From contig OY970195.1 of assembly GCA_963708185.1 (NCBI GenBank), positions 672,001 to 736,000 of the forward strand: a stretch of 64,000 nucleotides of DNA, read 5' to 3'. Below the pieces are notes generated by a model. The model had not been told where the DNA came from and did not search any database. It saw only the letters and a list, made by a program, of their open reading frames with translations. Both the position numbers and the translations under genes were made by a program. Origin of the DNA: Candidatus Peregrinibacteria bacterium. GTDB lineage: Bacteria; Patescibacteriota; Gracilibacteria; UBA1369. Position 1 is the first letter of the stretch; the number at the start of each line of letters is the position of its first letter. Below are positions 1-9,948 of this stretch, piece after piece.

Positions 1-1
1 G

Positions 2-232
2 GAAGTGCTGGAAACGAGAGAATGGACGCAAAAACTCCCCTTCCCCAAAAAACCACACATTACGTTCATGCAGCCGAAAATGATCATGAACATGTCCGAT
101 GAAACGAAAACCCTCAAAGACATGGAGGATGTCACACCCCTCGCGCTTGCAAATATCGCCCTTGAATATATCGGCGAAGAACAGATTCTGGCAAAACTTC
201 TCAAGAAAGTCGTCCGTTTGATTCAAATTTAG
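2..232 (+). CDS. 3' end of a gene running in from the window edge (possibly FtsA-like C-terminus)
   Basis: Open frame from the window start to TAG, 2 bp before the next ATG; the product guess rests only on weak resemblance (DVTPLALAN) and context. Confidence 0.45.
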   Translation, partial: EVLETREWTQKLPFPKKPHITFMQPKMIMNMSDETKTLKDMEDVTPLALANIALEYIGEEQILAKLLKKVVRLIQI

Positions 233-234
233 CT

Positions 235-2127
235 ATGACGAAGGACAACAAAAAAAATCCGAAATCATCCAAAAGTGATGGCGACAAGAAGTTCGCCACC
301 AAGCGTATTGGTGATACGGAAGAGCTTGAAGAGGTCGTCGAGGACGAGAAAAAAACAAAAGCCGGCAGAGCCAAGAAAGTCCTCTACACCGAAATAGACG
401 ATGAAGTCACTTCCATTTACGACAAGCTCAAGCAGCTGAAAATGAAAAACATCTACATCGTGGTCCCCCGACGGGCGATCGTTTTTCAAAGTATCGTCAA
501 TCTGAAAATTCTCAAACGTAAAGCAGAAGATCTCGAGAAAAATATTTATATCATCACCAACGATCCCAACGGCATCAAACTGGCAAAACAGGTCGGACTG
601 GTGGTCTACGACAAACTTGAAGGGCATGAACATCCGAGTCTGGTTTCCGGAAAATTCCTGGAGGACCAGATGAACATCAGTCCGCTGAAAGCCAGCGTGA
701 ACGCGCTTGAAGATGAACGCCCTATCCGCCAGACGGAGAAAAAGTTTTCGATTTCCGACCTCATCCGGAAGGGGAAAAAACATGGCATGCGACTTTTACC
801 GAAAAATCTTCCGTTGAAGAAAAACAAAGTTGGTGAAGGGAAGAAGAACGAATCCGACAAAGGCCGGCTCGTTCTTGAGGCTCCGAACCGCCAGGCACTG
901 GTGGCCTTGGTCGTCGTCAGCATCATCATCCTTCTGACCATCACCTATATCGCTCTTCCCGGGGCAACGATCAAGCTGGTCCCGAATTCCGACGTGCTTC
1001 AGACGTCGGTCAACATCACCCTGGCCGACAATGACGCCAACCGCGGAGAACTCGACACCCACCCCCTCCACGAAATTGCCAGCTACACCATCACGACGAC
1101 GATCAAGCGTCCGCTGCAGTACGCCGCGACCGGCAAAGATTTCCAAGGAGAAAACGCCAAAGGCGTCATCACCATCATCAACACCAGCAACCAGGACTGG
1201 CCGCTGCTTCCTCACACCAGATTCCAGACCTCCGACAACCTGATTTTCCGCAGCAACGACTATATTACGGTTCCAGCCCAACAGGGTGATACTCCAGGGA
1301 CCATCGACGTCCCCGTGGAGGCCGACCAGCTCGATGCGGTGGGGCAGGTCGCGGGTGACCGTGGAAACATCGGTCCGGCGAAATTTTTCCTTCCAGGACT
1401 TTCGGCAGAAAATCAGAAAAAACTTTACGCTGAGAGTAAAAATCCAATGACTGGCGGAAAAACCATCGTCACGAAATTCATTACGAAAGACGATATCAAC
1501 GCGGCCAAGGATAAGCTTCAGACCGATTTGAAAAACTCGGCCCAGGCCGAACTTCAGGCAACGGTGACCAAGCGTAATGATACCGATAAAACCAACCTCG
1601 TGCTCCTGGTCGGAGACAATGCGTTCCAGACCACCCAGCCCAAAATCACCGTCCCCGCCAATCTGGAAAACCAGAAACTGGACAGTTTTGAGATCCAGGG
1701 AGAACTTGTTGCCACGGGAATCGCTTACAACCGCGACGAGCTCATGAACATGCTCAAAACCGAGCTGAAACTCAAGCAAAACCCGGAAAAGAAACTGGTG
1801 CATATTGACGAGGATTCTTTGACCTATCGCATCGTTGATACCGACGCAACGGCCAAGAAAGTAAAAATTACGGCTTCGATCAAAGGGATTGAAGAGTTCG
1901 AAGTCGATCCTGAAAAAGAGAATGGCGCGAGGATCGTCCAGAAGATCAAAGACCACGTTGTGGGTCATCAGATCAGTGAAGCCCGCGATTATATTCAGAA
2001 CCTTCCCGAGATCAATAAAGTCACCATCGACAGCTGGCCGGCCTGGGCTCCGACGATGCCGAACGTTCCCGACAATATCAAGATCGAAGTCGAGAGCGAC
2101 GTCAGCGGTGATAACACCACCAATTAA
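235..2127 (+). CDS. Membrane-anchored baseplate J/gp47-like domain protein (CPR type)
   Basis: 630 aa; cytoplasmic N-domain, one TM (ALVALVVVSIIILLTITYIALP), then KGVITIIN..TRF..LIF..VEA..G..GNI and MTGG motifs. Confidence 0.7.
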   Translation: MTKDNKKNPKSSKSDGDKKFATKRIGDTEELEEVVEDEKKTKAGRAKKVLYTEIDDEVTSIYDKLKQLKMKNIYIVVPRRAIVFQSIVNLKILKRKAEDLEKNIYIITNDPNGIKLAKQVGLVVYDKLEGHEHPSLVSGKFLEDQMNISPLKASVNALEDERPIRQTEKKFSISDLIRKGKKHGMRLLPKNLPLKKNKVGEGKKNESDKGRLVLEAPNRQALVALVVVSIIILLTITYIALPGATIKLVPNSDVLQTSVNITLADNDANRGELDTHPLHEIASYTITTTIKRPLQYAATGKDFQGENAKGVITIINTSNQDWPLLPHTRFQTSDNLIFRSNDYITVPAQQGDTPGTIDVPVEADQLDAVGQVAGDRGNIGPAKFFLPGLSAENQKKLYAESKNPMTGGKTIVTKFITKDDINAAKDKLQTDLKNSAQAELQATVTKRNDTDKTNLVLLVGDNAFQTTQPKITVPANLENQKLDSFEIQGELVATGIAYNRDELMNMLKTELKLKQNPEKKLVHIDEDSLTYRIVDTDATAKKVKITASIKGIEEFEVDPEKENGARIVQKIKDHVVGHQISEARDYIQNLPEINKVTIDSWPAWAPTMPNVPDNIKIEVESDVSGDNTTN

Positions 2128-2197
2128 TTTCTTATTTTCGTTTGTTTTCGAAACCATTGATCATGGGTCTTTTTGTGTACGCTTCGAGCCTGAAGCG

Positions 2198-2226
2198 TTG
2201 ACAAAAGTACTTTTTTATGATATAAA
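2198..2226 (+). promoter_or_regulatory. Sigma70-type promoter
   Basis: TTGACA-17 bp-TATAAA with an extended -10 TG, upstream of the PKD gene. Confidence 0.55.
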
Positions 2227-2258
2227 GATTCCCTTCGTTTTTTCATTTTTCCATTTCA

Positions 2259-3422
2259 ATGTTTTTCGGCATTTTTTCTTCTCCTACAAGCCAAAAGGCG
2301 CTAAAAAAAACGCAGAAACTGCTCGTTGGATTTTTCGTTGTGGGATTCAGCTTCTTTGGCGGCCAACTGGAGCCGGTTTTTGCCGAATTCAACAGCATGC
2401 TCGCCCCAACGGATTACACGCCTTCAAGCTATATTCCTCCCAATTACGATGCCTTTGACCACGACTATTACCGTCCTCCGGTGTATGATGAGGTTCCCAA
2501 TACGCCTCCCGAAGCCGATTTCACCATCTACAACGACCAAAACGGATTGCAGAGCCAGGCCCGTGGCACCACCTCGACCCGCTTTACTTTCGACGCCAGC
2601 AACTCCAGCGACAACGAAACCGACATCAGCGATCTAGAAGTCCGCTGGGATTTTGAAAACGACGGTGTGCTCGACAGCTATTTTTCGAGGACAAAGACGA
2701 TCGAACATACTTTCAAAACGGCGGGCGTTTATACGGTCAAACTTCAAGTCCTGGATCCTGCCGGCAACATTTCAAGCACCACCCATACCGTAACGGTCGC
2801 CAACAATACCCCCCCGGAGGCGTACTTCGTCGTTGAACCGACCAGCGGAACGGAACAGACCATTTTCCATTTCGACACTTCCCGTTCAAGAGACGACCAA
2901 TACATGCCGTATTCCCTTGTGTACCGTTTTGACTGGAACGGCGACGGAACATGGGATACCAGCTACCAGGACAAGACCGACTGGAATCACCGCTTCAATA
3001 CCTCCGGAACATTCAAAGTCATCATGGAAGCCAAAGATCCGGAAGGTGCAACCGGGCAATATTCAGCCGTTGTGAGCACCGCCCCGAACACTCCGCCGTT
3101 TGCCAATTTCAGCCTGCAAGCCATTCCAAACAGCCAGGGCGTTGGTTATGAATTCAATGCGTCTTCAAGTACCGATGCGGAAACCGCCCACAACAACCTG
3201 CTCTATCGTTGGGATTTCAACTACAACGGGCCAGATGATATCGTGTACGACACCGACTGGAGCAGTTCCGACCGTTACAGCGGATACTACAGCATTCCAG
3301 GAACCAAAGTCATCAAGCTTGAGGTAAAGGATGAAGACGGGGCGATCAGCCGAGCCTATGCCCAGATCAACGTCAGCTGGACCGAAACGATGGCCAAACA
3401 GTTGATGACGGGCTTGAGATAG
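2259..3422 (+). CDS. Secreted PKD-domain protein (three PKD-like repeats)
   Basis: Three repeats of N(T)PPxAxF...F(D/N)xS.S.D...(Y/V)RW/FD(F/W)...G...V.L.V.D..G; N-terminal hydrophobic segment. Confidence 0.8.
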   Translation: MFFGIFSSPTSQKALKKTQKLLVGFFVVGFSFFGGQLEPVFAEFNSMLAPTDYTPSSYIPPNYDAFDHDYYRPPVYDEVPNTPPEADFTIYNDQNGLQSQARGTTSTRFTFDASNSSDNETDISDLEVRWDFENDGVLDSYFSRTKTIEHTFKTAGVYTVKLQVLDPAGNISSTTHTVTVANNTPPEAYFVVEPTSGTEQTIFHFDTSRSRDDQYMPYSLVYRFDWNGDGTWDTSYQDKTDWNHRFNTSGTFKVIMEAKDPEGATGQYSAVVSTAPNTPPFANFSLQAIPNSQGVGYEFNASSSTDAETAHNNLLYRWDFNYNGPDDIVYDTDWSSSDRYSGYYSIPGTKVIKLEVKDEDGAISRAYAQINVSWTETMAKQLMTGLR

Positions 3423-3540
3423 AGATTTTTGACTTTGCTCGACGGATTCACTTTTCATCTCTTGATGGGTTGGTTTTTTTGCAGTTTTATGGTACAATAA
3501 TATGAAATAAAAATTTCTAACAAATTTTAAAAACAAAATT

Positions 3541-5154
3541 ATGAAAAAGTTTTTTCATTTCAAGGTCGCTGCTCCATCAATCGCAGCCCTCGCCGTCGTG
3601 GCGCTCACAACATTTACGGTTTTCGCACAGCCGTCCTCGACTCCTACAGGAGGAAATGTTGATGCACGTTTCGATACTATTGGTGTTGGTGTATTGGGTT
3701 CTGAGAATCTTCTGATTGATTCAAGCGGTTATATTTCTAACCCGGGTACAAACGCAGGAGGTACGGTGGGGTTCAACGATCCAGATGGTGTAACAAGTAC
3801 AACGACATCCTCTACTGCTATAAAGGGAATATCTACAGATGGTGTCGGTGTTGCCGCTAATTCTACAAATGGAAACGCTATTTCTGGGAATTCAACCAAT
3901 GGAATTGGTGTTTCCGGTTCTTCTACCAACAGCAACGGGGTTCAAGGTACAGCCTCAGGCAGTGGTTACGGTGTGATGGGTAGCGGTAGTACTGGAAGTA
4001 TCGGTTATCTCGGTGCTCCACACTATGGCGTTTATGGTTTGGGCGGTGATGTTGGTGTTTGGGGAGGAAGCAATGCCGTAAGTGGTGTTGGCGTAAGTGG
4101 TGTTGGGAGTACTAATGCGATAGCTGGTGTTCAAGGAACAATTAACGTTTCGAATGGATTTGGAATAATCGGACACGCTTCCGCTATCAATAGTACAGCC
4201 ATAAAAGGACAGGTTGATGTTGGTGAAACCGGCAGTAGTGCCGGGTATTTTGCTAACATTCCTTCAAGTAATTCAGTGAGTCTTGGTACTGATACGAATT
4301 CTATCGTTGCTAATGGAAATACATTGGTTAACGGACTGGCGCAATTCCACAGGACTACCGCCTCTCAATGTGACAGCAGAATCAATGGAAGTAATATGAG
4401 TCTGACAAACTGTCCTGCCTCGGATAACGCTTTCCATTTTTTAAGCATGATTGATGCTTTTGGGGGAATCGGCAGTCAAAATTCTGGTGGGACCGACACA
4501 GCTCCACTCGCCGTCAAGGATGACAGTGGTCTGTCTGTTGGAAATGCTGCAGGAACTGTCGGGCTCGATATTGCCGCAGATGGGACGATCTTAAATCCCT
4601 CAACTTATACTAATTTCAGAGGTACTTTTGACAATCCCACGAAAATAGATGACAACCTGGATGTTACGGGATCTACGTCAACCGATTTTTTATCTGCTTC
4701 AGGAGGCGATTTCGGTTCGTATCTGCGCGCACATGGTGATTTTGTTGTCAGTCATATTTACCCGGCAGATTTTGATACTGATACACGTTTTGAAAACGGA
4801 GGTATTATTGTGAGTAACTCTGCCACCGGCGGAGGACCTGACAATATTAGTCTGTCAAAGGATGGACATGCAAAAGCTGTGAAAGGGTTCGGACAGATTT
4901 ATACGAAAAATGCATCATCAACAGTTAATATTGCAGCAAATACGTATTCTTTGGTTGGGAGTATTTCTTGCAACTCTTCAAATGACAGACTTATCAATGC
5001 TTACGTTACGGCGAGTGCAAATGTCTCTGTTGCAGACTGGTATAGCGTGACTCCATATTCGCTTTCACTCTACGCAAGGAACAATGGTTCCACTACTATC
5101 AACGGAGTTCAAGGACATATTATCTGTTGGAATCCTAACGGCAGTACTTGGTAG
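3541..5154 (+). CDS. Secreted Gly/Ser-rich surface or adhesin-like protein
   Basis: Signal peptide, GxGVxGxS-type repeats, C-terminal ICWNPNG; T/A-ending codons more frequent than in neighbouring genes. Confidence 0.7.
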   Translation: MKKFFHFKVAAPSIAALAVVALTTFTVFAQPSSTPTGGNVDARFDTIGVGVLGSENLLIDSSGYISNPGTNAGGTVGFNDPDGVTSTTTSSTAIKGISTDGVGVAANSTNGNAISGNSTNGIGVSGSSTNSNGVQGTASGSGYGVMGSGSTGSIGYLGAPHYGVYGLGGDVGVWGGSNAVSGVGVSGVGSTNAIAGVQGTINVSNGFGIIGHASAINSTAIKGQVDVGETGSSAGYFANIPSSNSVSLGTDTNSIVANGNTLVNGLAQFHRTTASQCDSRINGSNMSLTNCPASDNAFHFLSMIDAFGGIGSQNSGGTDTAPLAVKDDSGLSVGNAAGTVGLDIAADGTILNPSTYTNFRGTFDNPTKIDDNLDVTGSTSTDFLSASGGDFGSYLRAHGDFVVSHIYPADFDTDTRFENGGIIVSNSATGGGPDNISLSKDGHAKAVKGFGQIYTKNASSTVNIAANTYSLVGSISCNSSNDRLINAYVTASANVSVADWYSVTPYSLSLYARNNGSTTINGVQGHIICWNPNGSTW

Positions 5155-5183
5155 TAGAAAATCTGGCTTTACTTGTTAAACAT

Positions 5184-5214
5184 AAAAAGCTGTGTGAAAA
5201 TCACACAGCTTTTT
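5184..5214. terminator. Bidirectional intrinsic terminator
   Basis: AAAAAGCTGTGTGA-AAA-TCACACAGCTTTTT between convergent genes. Confidence 0.85.
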
Positions 5215-5255
5215 CGTTATCTCACTTTTTTATTTATCTCTCTATTGTTCGACCA

Positions 5256-5954
5256 TTATGAAGCCGGATTGCTTTTCTGATATGTTGTTTGACAGCTTGA
5301 TTTTGCATCGGCAAGCGTCGCTTTGTCGCACCATGTTATATCTTTATTATCGAGCGCTTTTTGCGTAAGAATGTTTGTTTCACAATCCATCTGATCACCA
5401 TAGATTGTCAATTCGCTACATCGACTGTAATCACCGCTTGAAATGATTTGTCCGGTCATTTTTTGGTCAGAAGCGAGTTGAGCCTGTTCCTGACTTTTTT
5501 GCTGTTCAGCAGTTTGCTGTTGTTGAATTTGAGCTTCAACCTTGATTTTACAGGCATCCTGGAGATCCTTTGTTGACATTTTTTCGCACAGTGAAGCATC
5601 AGGTTTTTGCAAAGCTTCCTGTTCGGCCATCTGATCAGACACTGCGGTTTTGCACTGATTCTTATAATCAGTAATGGTAATTTTATCGCAATAACTTGCA
5701 TCATTGAGTTGAAGAGCGGCATTATATGCAGCTTGATCTCTGGCATTTACGGTATTAATATTTTGCTGGGTTCCGGACACCTCCAATGATGCCGTGGAAC
5801 TTGCAGTATTCTGATTATTCTGAGTGGTTGCCGTTGTATTGGTCACCGGAGTATTTGTTCCCGCTGCGGGCGTTCCGGTTGTCGGGGTTTCCGCCGCACA
5901 TCCAAAGAGTGTAAGTGAAGCTGCAAGACATGTTGCTACAATTATTTTTTTCAT
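5256..5954 (-). CDS. Lipoprotein with repeated Cys-pair motifs
   Basis: Lipobox LFGC; four D.s.C.k......k..C repeats. Confidence 0.75.
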   Translation of the reverse strand: MKKIIVATCLAASLTLFGCAAETPTTGTPAAGTNTPVTNTTATTQNNQNTASSTASLEVSGTQQNINTVNARDQAAYNAALQLNDASYCDKITITDYKNQCKTAVSDQMAEQEALQKPDASLCEKMSTKDLQDACKIKVEAQIQQQQTAEQQKSQEQAQLASDQKMTGQIISSGDYSRCSELTIYGDQMDCETNILTQKALDNKDITWCDKATLADAKSSCQTTYQKSNPAS

Positions 5955-6084
5955 AAATTGGTTTTATAAAATCTACATGTTATTTTAGCCGTTTCTTTCT
6001 TTCTTCTCAAGGATTTTGTTTCGGTTTAGGTTTTGTGGTAAATTATGTAAAGGTCGAAGGTTTACATTTCTTCGTTTTAATAAT

Positions 6085-6852
6085 ATGAAAAACAAATTTT
6101 CAATTTCGAGTTCAACTCTTGCCGCACTTCTTGTGGTCGGATTCACCGTTCTGCCCGTTTTGGCGACGGGACCTTCCGGTTCGCCGGTGAGCGGGAATGT
6201 TGACCCGCACTTCTCAACCATGACGGTGGGTACGGGTTCACCGGTCGGGTTCAGGATCGATTCTTCGGGCATCCTTTCCAATCCGGTGGCGACGCAACCT
6301 TTAACCATCAGTGACGCCCAGGGACTTCTGGTGACCGCCGGCGGAGGCAATCTGACCGTCTCCAACGGAGGCAACGTCAGCAACAGCGGAACCCTGAATG
6401 TGGGAAGCGACGCCAATGTGAGCGGGGACGCAACTGCTTTCGACCTCAATGCCTGGATCAACGTCAAAGCGCCGTTCGTGACGGGCACCTCCCATGTAAA
6501 GGGAGCTGAAATCGGCGCATATACCTGGTCAAAATTCATTTACGCCACCATCAATGCCGGAGCCGCGAAAAACTATCCGAGTGCGCTACCGAGCAGTTTC
6601 CTGACCTGTCCAAACGGCAACATCGCCATCGCCTGCAATTACGAAGCTTTTTCCGATGTCGCGAACTGTGGATCCGGAACAGCGAGTGTCCAATCCAACA
6701 ACGTGATTGCCACCAAGATCATGCTGGAACCGCAAGGCGGCGGATGGGGCGTTCCGAAATCGGGGGGATGGTGCAACGCTACGCTCAAAAATACCGGCGG
6801 ATCGCAGATCTGCGGAATGGTCTCTGTCGAATGCTGGGATCCTAACGGTTAA
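6085..6852 (+). CDS. Secreted protein, paralogue of 3541-5154
   Basis: Signal peptide; shared N-terminal PSxxPxxGNVDxxFxT..VG...IDSSG..SNP and C-terminal CWxPNG. Confidence 0.7.
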   Translation: MKNKFSISSSTLAALLVVGFTVLPVLATGPSGSPVSGNVDPHFSTMTVGTGSPVGFRIDSSGILSNPVATQPLTISDAQGLLVTAGGGNLTVSNGGNVSNSGTLNVGSDANVSGDATAFDLNAWINVKAPFVTGTSHVKGAEIGAYTWSKFIYATINAGAAKNYPSALPSSFLTCPNGNIAIACNYEAFSDVANCGSGTASVQSNNVIATKIMLEPQGGGWGVPKSGGWCNATLKNTGGSQICGMVSVECWDPNG

Positions 6853-6864
6853 AACAACCGCCCC

Positions 6865-7284
6865 CTATTGTTCAAAGTTGATGCAGTTTTGAACGCCGTT
6901 TTCACTGGTCGTTGTTTTCTGACATTTTTCCTGCGTCGGAGTGGTTTGCAGGAGCGGCGGACTGTTTTTATCGCTCGCCTGCTGCACACAGAATTTCTTG
7001 TAGGCGTCGACCGTGATGGCGTCACAGAGTTTCGGATCTTTCGCCGCGTCAGCTTTCATGAAGGCATCCTGGTCAGCCAAAGAGACGTCTTCAGGTTTGA
7101 TGATCTTTTGCTCTGTCATCGTTCCACCGCCAAGGTCGGTGGTGTTCTGGATGGTAACGGTTGACGTCGACTGCGCGGTCGGTGAAGGCGTGGTCTGGTT
7201 TCCCTGCTGTGTCTGGCAGCCAGCCAGTACGGAAAGAGCCAGCGCCGTCATGGAAACGGCAAGGATTTTTTGTGTTTGCATCAT
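6865..7284 (-). CDS. Lipoprotein, short paralogue of 5256-5954
   Basis: Lipobox LAGC; DQDAF..A....DPKLCDAITVDAYKKFC matches DQAAY..A....DASYCDKITITDYKNQC. Confidence 0.7.
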   Translation of the reverse strand: MMQTQKILAVSMTALALSVLAGCQTQQGNQTTPSPTAQSTSTVTIQNTTDLGGGTMTEQKIIKPEDVSLADQDAFMKADAAKDPKLCDAITVDAYKKFCVQQASDKNSPPLLQTTPTQEKCQKTTTSENGVQNCINFEQ

Positions 7285-7306
7285 AGGATATTTGTTAAAA
7301 ATTTTT

Positions 7307-7795
7307 TTAACCTAGACCAAGTTTCTTGCGGATCTCTTCCGCCTGCGCTTCGTCGGCGCTTTTCTTTTCTTCAGCCTTCTGGCTGAGTTCGATGTCCTGC
7401 CAGTCGTGCAAATGCTGGTCTTCAAGTTTCTTGAGCTGGTCCACGTGTTTCACGGAAAGTTCGGCGAATTTTCGGCGTTCCTCCTCAAAAATGCGGATCA
7501 ATTCATCGATTTGAGCCTGTTTGAGTTTGGGAACGGATTCGATGATGCGCTTTTTTTCTTCTTTGGTCAGAGAAATGGAACCCGCAAGAAGGTGCAGAAA
7601 ATACTGCTCGTCGAACTGAAGATTATGCGCGGGAATTTTTACGTTAATCGCTTTGGGAAGCTTTGAGCCGATCTGATAGTTCGCCGGGGTGGTGTCTTCC
7701 TGTTGTTGGGCAGGCGGGTTCGCGCCGGGAGGAAATCCAAACGGATTATCGTCCCCAGCTCCCTGTGCCGGCGGTGGGAAGGGTCCTTGTTGCAT
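7307..7795 (-). CDS. Hypothetical protein (Pro/Gln-rich N-terminus, helical C-domain)
   Basis: Start trimmed to ATG 7795 because the longer ORF overlaps the tRNA; similar to 23164-23793. Confidence 0.7.
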   Translation of the reverse strand: MQQGPFPPPAQGAGDDNPFGFPPGANPPAQQQEDTTPANYQIGSKLPKAINVKIPAHNLQFDEQYFLHLLAGSISLTKEEKKRIIESVPKLKQAQIDELIRIFEEERRKFAELSVKHVDQLKKLEDQHLHDWQDIELSQKAEEKKSADEAQAEEIRKKLGLG

Positions 7796-7810
7796 GATGT
7801 TGCGTTTATA

Positions 7811-7887
7811 TGGTGGAGATGAGAGGAGTCGAACCTCTGACCTCAACAATGTCAATGTTGCGCTCTAACCAACTGAGCTACATCTCC
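7811..7887 (-). tRNA. tRNA-Val(GAC)
   Basis: GGAGATGTAGCTCAGTTGGTTAGAGCG-CAACA TT GAC AT TGTTG-AGGTCAGAGGTTCGACTCCTCTCATCTCCACCA cloverleaf with CCA. Confidence 0.97.
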
Positions 7888-7971
7888 TTGATTTTATACG
7901 AAAATTTTAAGTGGCGATCATTTCTTTAGGGCATGCTGTATTGTAGCAGATTGTCCTTATGAGTAAAGACC

Positions 7972-8718
7972 ATGCCGTTTTTTTATGAAAAGGTGAAGCA
8001 GCTCCTGCTGGACTGCGTTTTTCCCGTTTTCTGCCTGGGTTGCAAGGCCGAAGGCAGCTTTTTGTGTCAAAAATGCCTCACAACGATTCCCGGATTCGAA
8101 GAACAGGTCTGTCCCTGGTGCTACCGCCCGAACGTGACGGGGTCACCATGCCAGGACTGCCGAAGATCGGACCGTTTCTTGGACGGAGTTCTTGCCGGAA
8201 GCAGGTTTTCCGAACGTTCGCTCCTTCAAACGGCCATTCATCATTTCAAGTATGATTTTGCCGAAGAGCTTGCCGTGCCGCTCGGGGAGTTCCTGTTCGA
8301 AAAAACTTTCCCGTTCATACCGTTCTTTTCCGGTGAACGTTTGCTCTTCTGTCCGATCCCGCTTCATCCGAAACGTCAGCGTTGGAGAGGATTCAACCAG
8401 TCCGAACTTCTCTGCCAGGTCCTTGAAAAAATGTTCCGGAATAAGGGATTCAACAATCCTCAATCGGAAACGCTGCTTGAACGCGTTCATTTTTCAACCC
8501 CACAAATGGAGTTAATGAGGAAGCAAAGGCTCGTCAACGTTGCAGGTGCTTTCCGTTTGTCGCCTCAAATTTCCAAAAAAAAATTTGAAAAAAATTCTTC
8601 CGTGTTTCTCGTGGACGACATCGCGACGACGCTCGCGACGCTCAACCACGCGGCGGGAGCGCTCAAAAAGGCAGGGTTCGGACGGGTTTACGGATTAGTA
8701 CTGGCGCGTGTTTTTTAA
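7972..8718 (+). CDS. comF: ComF family competence protein (zinc ribbon + PRTase-like)
   Basis: CxxC clusters, IPLH..R.RWRGFNQS, LVDDIATT. Confidence 0.9.
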   Translation: MPFFYEKVKQLLLDCVFPVFCLGCKAEGSFLCQKCLTTIPGFEEQVCPWCYRPNVTGSPCQDCRRSDRFLDGVLAGSRFSERSLLQTAIHHFKYDFAEELAVPLGEFLFEKTFPFIPFFSGERLLFCPIPLHPKRQRWRGFNQSELLCQVLEKMFRNKGFNNPQSETLLERVHFSTPQMELMRKQRLVNVAGAFRLSPQISKKKFEKNSSVFLVDDIATTLATLNHAAGALKKAGFGRVYGLVLARVF

Positions 8719-8755
8719 TGCGCTATAATGACCTCCTTGAATTACAATCCTCCTC

Positions 8756-9871
8756 ATGGTTGTCGGCATCGACGCATCAAGATACGGGCATAAGGAAGCC
8801 ACCGGCGTGGAATGGTATTCATACCATCTCCTCAACGAACTTATTCCTCTTTTAGGACGCGAGCACAATACGGAAGTCCGTCTTTACGCTCCCGCCGATT
8901 TCAAAATCAAAGTGGACCTTCCTTTCAACGTTCGCAAACGCATTATCCCGTTCCCGAGATTCTGGACGCTGCTGCGACTTTCCATGGAAATGATTTTTCG
9001 CAGGGTGGACGTGCTGTTCGTCCCGTCGCACACTCTCCCGGTGTTCGCTCCCAAAAAATCCGTCATCACCATTCATGATGTCGCTTTCCGACATTTGAAG
9101 AGTTCATATTCGCGGTTCCAGATGTGGCTGCTCAACCGTTCGACGAAAAAAGCCGTCAAAAAAGCCTGGAAACTGGTAGTTCCCAGCGAAGCTACCAAAC
9201 AGGACCTTCTAACGTTTTACGGGTGTGACCCTGCGAAAGTCGTGGTCATTCCCCACGGGGCTCCGGAAATTCAGCCTTTTCAACGCTGGACGGAGGCCGA
9301 AATAAAAAAATACCGCGAGTTGTTTTTTCTGAGTGATCGCGACCTTTTCATCCTCTACATCGGCAGACTGGAAACAAAAAAAAATCTTCAACGTCTCGTT
9401 GAGGCTTTTGCCAGATTTTCCGTTGAGTTTCCGGGTTGGAAGCTTTTGCTTGCCGGGAAACGCGGCTTGGGATTTGAAGAAATTTGGAAAAAGGTTCTGG
9501 AACTCAAACTGGAGCAAAGTGTTTTTGCTCCCGGCTACGTGACCGAACGGGAAAAATCTTTCCTGCTCGAAAACTGCCGCATTTTTGCTTTTCCTTCGTT
9601 GTATGAGGGGTTCGGACTTCCGGTCTTGGAAGCTTTTGCCCATCGCAAACCGGTTTTGACTTCCAAGACTTCGTCGCTTCCGGAGGTCGCAGGGAAAGCG
9701 GCGTTCCTCGTAAATCCCGAAAAAGTCGAAGAGATCGGCGTGGGTCTGAAAAGACTGGCCTCGGACGGGGTTCTTGTTTCGCAGCTCATTGGAAAAGAAG
9801 AGGCGCAACTTGAAAAATTCTCATGGGAGAAAGCGGCAAATGCAACGTATGAGGTGCTCTTCGGGTTCTGA
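8756..9871 (+). CDS. Glycosyltransferase family 4
   Basis: TIHD, IGRLE.KKN, FPSLYEGFGLPVLEA. Confidence 0.93.
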   Translation: MVVGIDASRYGHKEATGVEWYSYHLLNELIPLLGREHNTEVRLYAPADFKIKVDLPFNVRKRIIPFPRFWTLLRLSMEMIFRRVDVLFVPSHTLPVFAPKKSVITIHDVAFRHLKSSYSRFQMWLLNRSTKKAVKKAWKLVVPSEATKQDLLTFYGCDPAKVVVIPHGAPEIQPFQRWTEAEIKKYRELFFLSDRDLFILYIGRLETKKNLQRLVEAFARFSVEFPGWKLLLAGKRGLGFEEIWKKVLELKLEQSVFAPGYVTEREKSFLLENCRIFAFPSLYEGFGLPVLEAFAHRKPVLTSKTSSLPEVAGKAAFLVNPEKVEEIGVGLKRLASDGVLVSQLIGKEEAQLEKFSWEKAANATYEVLFGF

Positions 9872-9948
9872 AGGGGGAGGTTCAGCTTGACATTTTGTTA
9901 TGATTTTGTTTGAATGTGAAACTAAAAAGGGAATTAACCCCATTCCCA

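Noticed and set aside
235-2127. Prophage suggested by the baseplate-J-like protein
   Set aside because: It is a membrane-anchored solitary gene with no other phage genes nearby.
796-2157. Long antisense ORFs (also 18177-19190, 26324-27409, 30201-31565, 37766-38998, 43366-44328)
   Set aside because: Shadow frames opposite well-supported genes, explained by codon bias.
7796-7855. N-terminal extension of the 7307 ORF, and ORFs 42769-43052
   Set aside because: They overlap tRNA genes.
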